64,000 nt of DNA, from positions 1,550,001-1,614,000 of the forward strand of contig OX597835.1 in NCBI GenBank assembly GCA_951406725.2. The letters are read 5' to 3'. A program made the position numbers and the translations under genes. Under the pieces are notes generated by a model. It had not been told where the DNA came from and did not search any database. It saw nothing but the letters and a program-made list of their open reading frames with translations. The DNA comes from Octopus vulgaris (lineage: Eukaryota). Positions within the stretch are counted from its first letter, which is position 1; every line of letters begins with the position of its first letter. This document shows positions 1 through 10,400 of this stretch, piece after piece.

Positions 1-1
1 A

Positions 2-435
2 GAGGGTAATGTAAAAGTGATACCAGTGGTGATCAGAGTGTTGGGCTCATTCCCATTGAAACTTCAAGACATCTTAAGGTGACTGGAAATCCCATGCAAG
101 ATTGATGTCTTGCAAAAAGCAGCCTTATTGGGTACAGCACACATCATAAGGAAAGTAGTATCTGTCTGAGGTCCTTGTTGCAACTTGACAGATGACCAAA
201 GTCTCTGGTGCATTTTTACCTACACTGTATTACAAAGGAATAATAACGATGATGATGATGATAATAAGTGGGAAATACAAAGGTTGTGATCAATGAGGAG
301 AGTAGATGTGATACCAATAGTAATTGGTGCACTTGGAAGTATCAGCACTCAACTACCAACATGGCTAAAAAAGATTGGTACAAGTGTAAAAATAGAAAAC
401 CTACAAAAATCAGCATTGCTGGGAACTGCAAGAAA
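2..435 (+). mobile_element. Two 3'-terminal fragments of an R4/Dong-like (RLE) non-LTR retrotransposon
   Basis: Translations 'VKVIPVVIRVLGS...LQKAALLGTAHIIRK' (2-168) and 'VIPIVIGALGS...LQKSALLGTAR' (293-435) match the typical C-terminus of the restriction-like endonuclease domain. Confidence 0.7.
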
Positions 436-1039
436 TTTTCACAATAGCATCATACCCAGCAAAATAATCTTCTATACTATAAGAGCCACACCTGTCCGTC
501 CGTCCAAAGCCATCAGCAATTAGATCATAGCTTCCCAAAGTGGGCAATATCGCCCACCAGTGGGTGATTTCAACTTACAGGTGGGTGATGGGCGAATTTG
601 TAGAAAATGGTGGGAGATTTGAGATTTTGGTGGGTGATATGAACATTTTGTGGGTGACAATGAATTTTTAGAAATTAAGTGCTTTTACTGATATCTAGGT
701 ATGCCTAGAATAAGGATGCACTTTTATCGATTTGACTACTCACACGAGACGTCGCTTTGTATTTAAAAAAAGCAGACTTGCTAATCGATTGAACATTTTT
801 GTCACCGTCATTGAGATGGTTGTCATGTGTGCTGAAAATAGCAGCCAAGTAGGCCTAAGCTTTAAATCACACTCCACCACAAATTTTTTTAGTGTTTGGC
901 ACAATCATATGAAGTCCTGCGTATAGAATTCAAATTTGCAAAAATTTTCTGTAAACTCCGAAAAATAAAAAGTTATGAGGAGTTATATATTGTGCATAAT
1001 TCTGTGACTTCATATCAAAAGCACAAGAGCCTCATGGAA

Positions 1040-1480
1040 ATGTGTTGCCATCACTGCAATGCTTTGGTGTTTATTGGAGAGTGTAGAGGAGGAACAATGA
1101 ACAATCCCAGTTTTGGTATTTGCTGTAAATCAGGAATGATAAAAACTGAAAATATCCCTGAGTTACCGAACAAACTTGCTGATCTCTTTCTTTCTGATAC
1201 TCCCAAAGCAAAATATTTCAAATGTAATATTCGAAGGTTCAACAACATAATGGTAATGTGTTCTATGAAAGCAGATGACACTTCAATACTGAGAGGAATT
1301 ACAAATTACAGAATACATAGAATTCTTTATAGATTTATTGGAGTTCCTAGAAATAGGAACAGTCTTGTCTAGCTTACAAATGTATTTCTATGATCATGAA
1401 GAACAAATAAGAAGACGAACGGAAAGAATGCCTCTTAATACAAAGCAAAAATTCATTCTGCTACGAGATCTGCTGGAAAT
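1040..1480 (+). mobile_element. Degenerate Helitron RepHel N-terminal coding fragment
   Basis: ORF 896-1372 reads 'CHHCNALVF...FGICCKSG...YFKCNIRRFN...YRIHRILYRFIG', followed by 'QMYFYD', which are Helitron Rep N-terminal motifs. It lies in an intron of the RCCD1-like gene. Confidence 0.75.
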
Positions 1481-1591
1481 ACTGACAATCTTTTCTATCT
1501 GTGGAGAATAATAAGTGAACTTGGTTCAATAAAGCAACATAGTCTAGAAACAAAATATGGTATATTTTTAGAAAGACTATTTGGCACATAC

Positions 1592-1828
1592 CACTGATTG
1601 CAACACAATTCATTTCTTTACTATGGATTTGCTTAGGTTTGAAGATTTCCACACCTTTCAATGAAACGTGCATAAAGCGGCCATGCCGCCATTCTTGGAG
1701 AGTTGAATTGGAGTCCATCATGATGAGATGTGATGACAACACAGAAATGGTTGTGGCTTGTAAAGTGGGCTTAACACTGGAATCAAGCTTATCAGGACTG
1801 AAGCCACATGTGATCAATCGGTGCTGGT
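1592..1828 (-). CDS. RCCD1: RCCD1-like coding exon 2
   Basis: Acceptor atatttctag|AC and donor AGTG|gtatgt; 237 nt open frame, phase 1 to 1. Confidence 0.65.
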
Positions 1829-3856
1829 CTAGAAATATAGGAATATATCTTCATTTAGTAGGGACCAAAATGGCCAGTTAACCAATTTGTTACCATAATT
1901 CTGTTGATATACACAGCTTTTATGTGAATTAATTTTGAAAATAAAGAATTAGTAAAATAACTGATTATTAAGCTGGTATTTGAAAAATAAATTAACCTGT
2001 TATTTGGAGGAAAGCTTTAATTTAATCACTTTAAAACAACATGTTTGTATTATAGAACTAGGGAAGGTCATGGGCAGGTTGGTGTCAAAAGGGTTAAATA
2101 TGGTATTGAACAGATTTAAGTCTTTTCATGTTACTTTTTGGCAGAGTAAAAAAATCTACACAATTTCAGTTCACAAATATATTTCTCTTATCTTTTATCT
2201 CTTGCTTGTTTCAGTTGTGAGACTGTGGCCATGCTGGGGCACCACCTTGAAGAGTTTTTAGTTGAATGAATTGACTCTAGAACTTGTTACTTTTTCTAAA
2301 GCCTGGTACTTATTATATTGATCTCTTTTTGCTGAACTACTAGATTACGGGGAAGTAAACAAACCCACACCAGTTGTCAATTTGTGGTGGTGGGGGACAA
2401 GCACAGACATACACATATGACAAGCTTCTTTCAGTTTCCATCTACCAAATCCACTCACAAGGCTTTGGTTGGCCTGAAACTATTGTAGAAGATACTTGCC
2501 CAAAGTGCCACGCAGTGGGATTGAACCTGGAACCATGTGTTTCGGAAGCAAGCTTCTTGCCACACAGCCATACCTGTTAAGATAAATACTAAATATTTTG
2601 GGAAACATTACCTGTGATAGACTGGCAGGAAATGTATATCTCATTCACTTACATTATGAAACCACAGCTTAGCATCAACTCTCGGAGGTTCCTCAAAGCT
2701 TAAAATATGTCTATTATGATTGGTCATGAGACAGAAAATGAAAACATCAGCTTTCTCTTCTCCGCAGTTAGAAGAAATAATTTTGTCATGTACAACCGTG
2801 TGGAAATAAATGTTCTGACCAGTGATATAACAACCTACATGTAATAAATTAATAGATATTAATCTAAAATCATCTACGAACACACAACACAACACTCTCA
2901 TCAACTCAGCCATTGCAACACACCATGTCGTATGTATGTATGTATGTATGTATGCGTGTGTGTGCGTGCGTGCGTGCGTACATGTGTGCATGCGTGTGTG
3001 TTCATGTGTGTTTGTCTTCCACCACCACTTGACAAGCCAGTGTTGGCTTGTTTACATCACTGTAGCTTAGCAGTTCAGCTAAAAGAGACCAATAGAATAA
3101 GTACCAGACTTCAAAGAAAAAATAAGTATTAGGGGTCAATTCATTCAACTAACATTCTTCAAGGTGGTGCCCCAGCATGGCCGCAGCCTAATAACTGAGA
3201 CAGATAAAAATGATAAAAAAAGATGGAAAAAGATAGATGTCTATATTGTCTAGATGAGTCTTGATTAAGCAAACCTATAACCAAAGGTGTTCAGATCTTC
3301 TTTGTATATGAGGGACTATGCAGTACAATACATTCTTCCTTTTTCAACCCTTTTACTGTAGAAATCCAATGTAGCCACTCCAAATTTCATTACCCTAAAC
3401 TATGGAAAGCAGTTTTAATATACCAATCTATCTTTTGTTGAGGAATGCCACGTTTGAAACTATTTTTTGTTGAGCTATGTCAAGTTTATCACGAGGCAAC
3501 ATGACTCGCAGAAATTACCAATTCTAGTTTTTGAGAGACATTTAATATCATTACTGGAATAATCATACAATTTAATTTCACAGTCAAAGGATTAAAACAG
3601 TATGGTGTGATTTGTTGGAAATTAGGTTGCTATTTCTAGTAGGTCAAGGTTTATGAGAACCATTGACTAAAGTAAATAGGATGAGATGCTTACCTGTGAG
3701 CCAAGCAATAAAAGACCATGATATTTCACATTCAGTAAGTTTTTCTTTATCTTCAAGACCTAAATGAATTGCTTGAAGAGTTTTTATCTTTGATTCTATG
3801 GAATCAGCAGTCAGTTGCGAAAATCCATTAAAACCACAAGCCCAAACTTCAGACAT
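1592..3856 (-). CDS. RCCD1: RCC1 domain-containing protein 1-like, partial (continues off left edge); join(3856-3694,1828-1592,...)
   Basis: Spliced translation MSEVWACGFNGFSQL...CEISWSFIAWLTDQHRLITCGF resembles the RCCD1 N-terminus as I recall it (WFGFGFCGFGQ...[20 protein letters not shown]). The phase-1 GT-AG junction is consistent. Confidence 0.65.
2190..2575 (-). mobile_element. tRNA-like SINE family A (head 'ggctgtgtggtaag...ggttcagtcccactgcgtggcac'); other copies ~26420-26770, 33985-34348, 54310-54690, 57975-58330, 59970-60090, 63015-63118
   Basis: Multiple dispersed near-identical copies with an A/B-box-like head and a shared 3' tail 'ccagcatggcc.cagtcaaatgactgaaacaag'. Confidence 0.75.
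3694..3856 (-). CDS. RCCD1: RCCD1-like coding exon 1
   Basis: ATG at 3856-3854; donor ACAG|gtaagc; 163 nt, phase 1. Confidence 0.7.
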
Positions 3857-3984
3857 CCTTATATTTATATATTTAGTTTTACACTTAAAAAAATAGAAAG
3901 CAAATATGTTAAATATATAAAATTAACAAGCACAAATTTAAGGTTTACTTATTATTATTTTCATATACACTCAACAGATTCGAC

Positions 3985-4395
3985 TGTTGGAAAAGAAAAG
4001 AACCCTAACATCTTTAGATGCCAAGAACCCTCCTATTGGGCTACAACAAGTAACCTTAGATGCCCAAAACCCTCCTAAGTATCTTAACTGTCCCTAATAA
4101 CACTGTTTTCTGGAGCAGTATTAAACTGGGTTTTATGCCTGTTTCCTCTATCCATCTGTTCAGATCTTTAGGGATAGTTCCTAATGTACCTGTAACTACT
4201 GGGATACATTTTACCTGTACTTCCCATAGCCTCTGTAATTCAATGGCTGGGTCCTGGTACTTTGCTATATTTTATATACCTCTCATATTGATTTTTTTCA
4301 TCATTTGGGACTGTAAAGTCAATTAAATGGCATTTTCTATTCACTTCATCTACTACTACCAAATCAGGCCTTCTAGCTTCTATTGCTCTGTCAGT
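3985..4395 (-). mobile_element. R4/Dong-like RLE LINE 3' fragment
   Basis: Reads 'AIEARRPDLVVVD...LIDFTVPND' (RPD..D endonuclease motif), then 'CIPVVTGTLG...LQKTVLLGTVKILRRVLGI'. Confidence 0.7.
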
Positions 4396-5000
4396 CTGTG
4401 GCAGATGTGCAGGAACAATAAGTACTAAGAGAACACAGGGCCTAGTCTCTCTCAAATGCTTAGGAGGCTCTCTTGAAGTTGTAGATAGATTCTGTTACCT
4501 AGGTGACCAAATCAGCAATGGTGGAGAATGCTCTGAAAGTATTGTTTCTAGAATACATATAGGACGGAGAAAGTTCAGAGAGCCACTATCTCTGTTGGTA
4601 ACAAAAGGACTCCCTCTCAGAATGAAAAGTAGATAGTATGATGCCTGTGTATGAACAGCTATACTCTATGGTAGTGAGGCATAGGTTCTGAATGCAGAGG
4701 ACATGCATAGACTAAGGCAGTGCGCTCCACTGGATGTGCAACATCAATGTGCATGATGAAGCATAAATGTGTTGAGAGAAAAGTTGAACATAAAGAGGAA
4801 TCACATGCAGCATGCAAGAGAGGAGATTGCATGGGTTTGTACATCTGATCCATACGATTGAAGACAGCTGTATAAAGAAGTGCCAGTCACGGAGAGTGGA
4901 TGGCATCTTTGGAAGACGGAGACCCAGGAAGTCATGGGATGAAGTGGTGAGGACCAATCTCAGGTGATATAAGGTTTTTGAGAAGACCCACCTACCCACA
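4395..5000 (+). mobile_element. Decayed RTE-type LINE fragment
   Basis: Homologous to the RTE copy at 18084-18761 (ttacctaggtgaccaa, aagttcagagagc, gacccaggaag), with stops. Confidence 0.7.
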
Positions 5001-5925
5001 TTAGCAAACTTGAGTTCTAGAAGTGTTGTGTTCCTTCTACACGTAACAATAAAATTCTCACACAGCCAACCCCCAACGAACAAAACTACATCCTGCTTTC
5101 CCAAACCATTTCTCTTCTCTTCCTCACATTTCCTCTTTATACACTATGATCATCTCCCACTCCCCAATCTAGTCCTCACTACCCTCCTCCCTCCCTATAT
5201 ACCCAGATTCTCACCAGCAACAAATCTGTTTCTGCCCTCATTCTTGACCACTCCCTCTCCCTCCTTCTCTTGCTCTCACCTGTGGCTAGGTGACCATGTA
5301 TCTCCTTTACAGCAGCACACCTCTTTCTTTTTAGCTCTCCACCTCTCTTTAGGTAATCACGTCCCTCCTCTTCAGCAGCACACTTGTTTCTGCCCTCATT
5401 CTTGTTAACTCTCGCTCCCTTCCTTCCTCCTCCTCCCTCTCTCTGGCTAGGAACCATGTGTCCCCTCTACAGCAAAACATCTGTTTCTGCCTCTCTGTCA
5501 CATCATCATCTGACACAAGATCACCTCCTCCAATGTCCACTCCCCTCTCAAAGATTCCCTGTTTTGCAAAGCTACTTGGTGACCCTGCCGGTGCAGTTGC
5601 CGATTGAAAAGCACCCAGTCCACACTGTGAAGTGGTTAGCATTCAGCAGGGCACCCAGCTGTAAAAACCATGCCAAAACTGACCTCACCTGTGCGAGTGC
5701 GGATTGGTTGGTGTTAGGAAGGGGACCAAGCCAGAAAAGCCATGCCAAAACAGACACAGAAGCATGGTGCAAGTTCCTGCCTGGCCAACTCCTGTCAAAC
5801 CGTCCAACCCATGCCAGCATAGAAGGAGGAAGTTAAACGATGATGATGATGATGGTGATGATAAATCCTCTAAACTGTTTTTTCCCCTAAATTCTTGAGA
5901 GCTTAAGTTTCTTTTCTTTTCTTAC

Positions 5926-6415
5926 CTGGAATTCTTTTCTTCTCAATAGTGATTATCAACATACAACAACATTGACTGTAAAATTATTTTTTCCTCTCGA
6001 CTTCAACAATATCAGGTATTCGGGATGAATCGGACGTTTCCATCCAGAATGGTTCAGATTCTTCAGCTCATCCTAGAATGTGACATTCAAATCAACCAAT
6101 AAAAATTTCTGTGAAGAGATATGTTAATTAGTAAATAGAATTTGGTTGTCTCAATGGTTTTAAATGGCAATCACATTTTCGAATCGATGTAAATGACATG
6201 AATCGTCTGCAATCCAAGAACGATTGTAAACAAATCGATCGATATCCGATTTGTTTACTGAATATACGGAACAAGAACAGTTCACGTTGATCAGGTTAAG
6301 AAAGCATTATTATAATCAATTTTCCAATATGAAATCGTTCGAAGGCAACTACGCAGAAGGACAAATTCTAGAAAAGAGTCTCCACATATTTATTAAATAA
6401 ATCATTGAAGACTAC
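5926..6415 (-). other. Putative non-coding 5'UTR exon of the RCCD1-like gene
   Basis: Acceptor ttttttatgttacag| at 6416 and donor CAG|gtaag at 5925; no long ORF; free of repeats. Confidence 0.45.
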
Positions 6416-6570
6416 CTGTAACATAAAAAACTATTAAATCTACTTCCTTTTATATATGTCATCAAATGTTAATGAGAAAGGTGTAAACCTCATATAGTTT
6501 CGTTTCTAATCTTATATATATCTGAGGACTTGTGTCATTAAAAGAGAAAATGATTTCAGGTGAAACTTAC

Positions 6571-6856
6571 CGGTGTTAACACGGCAACATTTTCAAGCGG
6601 AAGTTTACAATTCACTGTTGCATGTTCAGCAGTGAAAGGAAATGAGATACGCGATGAAACACGAATGCTACAATTAAATAATTTAATTTTTATCGAAATT
6701 TGCCGAATACTTCATTAAGTGTCTTATACAAATAACAATGAAATTTTTTATCGAGTTTTGTTTTTTTCCATTACTCGAAAATATATTAATGTATCATATG
6801 ACCCAAAATATTTAGAGCGGTACTGTCATTTTAAACAAAAAAAAAAATCCGACAAA
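6571..6856. promoter_or_regulatory. Putative bidirectional promoter shared by the RCCD1-like gene (-) and PSMD4 (+)
   Basis: A minus-strand first-exon donor CCG|gtaagt at 6570 and the PSMD4 ATG at 6857 are under 300 bp apart. ETS-like GCGGAAGT at ~6597-6604; locally CpG-enriched. Confidence 0.55.
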
Positions 6857-6882
6857 ATGGTGATCGAAAGTACGATGGTCTG
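6857..6882 (+). CDS. PSMD4: PSMD4 exon 1
   Basis: MVIESTMV(C); donor TG|gtaaat. Confidence 0.9.
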
Positions 6883-7128
6883 GTAAATGCCGTTCCTTTT
6901 CATATTTTCACCTAATTCTCTCTTCTAGCTTGCTTTGTAAAAAGAAATTTTCTTCGGAAAATCGTTTCCAGCAACTGAGAAAGGAATATCTTACCATTAT
7001 CCACCGTTTCTTCCACTCTTACATCTCTCCACTCACAGACATGCTTCTGACGCTGCAGAAATTTTCTCATTTTTTTTTCTTTTTCCATTCAGCTTTTTTA
7101 TTGTTCTTTTTACTTCCTTGAAAGTTGC

Positions 7129-7160
<32 letters not shown>

Positions 7161-7232
7161 TTGTGCTATCTCTAAATGAAATTCTTTTAATATTCCGTAA
7201 GATTGAAATCTACATTTATCAAGCACATACAA

Positions 7233-7275
<43 letters not shown>

Positions 7276-7286
7276 GAGACTCAAAC

Positions 7287-7324
<38 letters not shown>

Positions 7325-7330
7325 TCAAGC

Positions 7331-7387
<57 letters not shown>

Positions 7388-7414
7388 CCACCCACACACA
7401 CACCCTCAAACAGG

Positions 7415-7447
<33 letters not shown>

Positions 7448-10400
7448 ACACAGCCTCAAATAGGCATATACATATATACACACACATGCACGCGCATAAC
7501 CTATAATCGGTCAGTTGTTCATAAGCCTGAAAAGCAGACTCTTAAAACCTTTAGAGCAGGAATAATGGCGAAGGTAAAGAATACGCACACCACCCGTTTT
7601 CGTAGTAACAAAAGCCCTAACCACCCTGTGTGCGTATTCTTTACCTTCGCCGCAATAATTACAAGTCACCTACACCGCTAAGAGCAGTATAGATGCGAAA
7701 CCAATGGTAACTCTCTGACCAGCCATAACCAACGACTGTATTGATTATATGAGTATATAATCATCATTCGACATTTGTCCTCCATGCTGGAATGGGTTTG
7801 GCAGGATCCAGCAAACCGGAGGGCTGCGTTGAGCTCCAGCTGTTTGTTTTGGCATTGGTGTCTACGGCCAGATGCCCGTTTTAACACCAACCACTTAACA
7901 GTGATGCTGACACTAGTGAGATCACCAAGTAACTCACAACACAAAGGAAAAGCCCCCCTCCCCGGTAGAGAGGGAGAGGATTTATGCCTGGTGGTGAGGG
8001 GCTAAAATTAAGACAGAATGACAGGCACCGGTATCTTGTTACAGAGCAGATAGATGGCCTCACAGTATTATACATGAGTCAGAGAGTACTCTCAGTGTAT
8101 GGCAAAGTAAGGGTGTGAGGAAGGAGACTTGAATGTAGTGAAGGTGTGGTCATTGGTAAATATCAGTATTTGGTAAAAGATATAGGAGTGACTTGGGAAA
8201 GAGTAGGTGAAAAGTGGCTGGGGGGGTGGGGGCAGCAGTATAATAAACCTGTAGATAGAGTAGAAAAGACATGGGACAAAGTGATGAGAAAGGATCTGTA
8301 GACATTGGACCTTACTGAGAAGATGGTAAGGGACCGAGACCTCTGGCGATTTGCTGTGACTAAGAAAACACATCAAGCTGAGGAAAACATATACATCCAA
8401 ACAGGTTCTTTATGACCATGCTTCGCACTCCCTCTCTTAGCCAAAAGGTCCTTGTCTTGTGAGCTTGTGGCCCCATGTGGAAAGCACTCATGCCAGTGCC
8501 ATGTAGCAAGCACTCATATAAATGTCACATATGGTGCATTTATGTTAGTGCCACATCGAAAATACAGTACACTTTGTAAGGTAGTTGGCATTAAGAAGGG
8601 TGTCCAACCCTAGAAACCATGCCAAAACAGACAGCTGGAGCCTGGTGCAGTTCTCTGGCTGGACGGCTCCTGTCAAACATACTAACCCCTAATCCCTGTC
8701 AGCATGGAAAACGGACATTAAATGTTGAGGAAGAAAAATCTAATAGGATTTTTTAAACATCAAATGGTTATGTAAGGTCGTCTGAGTGAAACAGGAATCA
8801 AGGGGTACCATAAGGCAAAAATAGGTGAGAACCACTGCTCTGGACAAAAAAGGGCCGGACTGCTGATGAGTGGTGGGTGAAAGAAGGAGGGGGAGGGGAT
8901 AATAAGGCAGCCTACCACTTGTTTCTCCAGTTAAGTTATTATTATAACACTGTGTAACAAAACTTTAATCTTTTTCTGTTTTTTTTTTGTCTTTGGTCAG
9001 TAAATGTTATTTCCTATTTGTTTTCATCCAGAAATCAAAGGAAATGGCTATTCCCTTCAAATTTTGCTTTTGTGATCTGGCCATCAATGTTTTGAAACTG
9101 ACCTATTTTCCATTGCATTTCAGACAGATTCAGTGGTGAGTTGCTGAAGCAGGAATATCATTATAGCAAATATTCTGCTCAATACTACAAGATCTACTTG
9201 TCAGTTGCTTGACCTTAACCACTTGAACATGTCCCTTTGTAGCTGACATCTCTGAGCAGGAGTAGTGGGGAAGCATGATAGCCATGTATTTAGTGGGATT
9301 CTTAGAGGTTTAAATAGATGTAAGAAAAGCAAAGTTTGAAGGAAATATTAGCTATTTTTCATGCTTTTCTAGGGTTAAGCAAATCAGAAATAACTGTTGC
9401 TACTCAAGGACAAAAAAATGTCTCACACAATATTATTAATAATGAAGATTTCGCTTAATTATTTCTTACATTTAAAAGATTAAAGAATAACATTTTTATA
9501 TTGTGTGTGTGTGTGTGTGTGTGTGTGTGCACGTGCATTTGAATTTATATCTTTCCTACTCATATATAAATTGGAAAAAATTGTACCTATGTTTTTAACT
9601 TGGCAAACTGAAAAAAATAGTCTTGCTTAGAAATACATAAATTCTCAGTTGCAGAATCACTCTATTCTATTCCTCACCCAAAAGTCCAATTTTAACTTCC
9701 CAATTCTTCTTTCTATTCACAATTCCTTGTTTATATATCCTCAGCTGCAATACTTTAACTTTGAATTGCAAATGCAATTTCTCTCTTTTTTTCTTTTATG
9801 TGTTTCTCTCTATGCTTCCATTATATTTATTCTACAATTGTTGATTCCATCCTTCTCTCTGCAGTGTCGACAACAGTGATTATATGAGAAACGGTGACTA
9901 CACCCCGACAAGGCTTCATGCTCAGCAAGATGCTGTCAATGTTGTTTGTTTATCAAAAACACGATCAAACCCAGAGAATAATGTTGGTTTATTAGTTATG
10001 TCTGAGTTAGTATCATTTTTATTTTATGTTTTTCTCAATTCACATTTGACTTTCAACTATGTGTGTATATTCTTCTGGCATGACTTAAAACTGCATCCAG
10101 TAGTGGATCCTTGGTTTGGGTTCAGGGTTTTGAGGAGTGCGGAACCACCTCTTTGCCACTATTGTTCCCAAGTGTACTCCTACCTGGAGCAGTAGCACCT
10201 TGAGAGGGTCCATAGCTATGGATTAATTAGAATGTTATGGAAGAATCTTCAAGCACAAACCCTCACTGCCTTGGAAAGTGCTTTGGGAAAGGGAGATACT
10301 AGAAGAGTGAACCTCAGCAGCAAGTCAGTGAGTGGTCCAGTGCCCTGTTTGACGTCCTTCCAGCAACTTCAGGTTAGGTGGAGCTCTCCAACATTGTATG

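Noticed and set aside
5980-6100. Selenocysteine read-through extending the ...EESEPFWMETSD... frame
   Set aside because: There are multiple in-frame TGAs, no selenoprotein-like motif and no recognisable SECIS.
7505-7560. Hammerhead at 'gcctgaaaagcagactc...gagc'
   Set aside because: The core is incomplete and no GAAA box follows.
7118-7681. Long YI/CV-repeat ORFs (also 60368-61221, 48935-49272)
   Set aside because: These are translations of (TA)n/(CA)n microsatellites.
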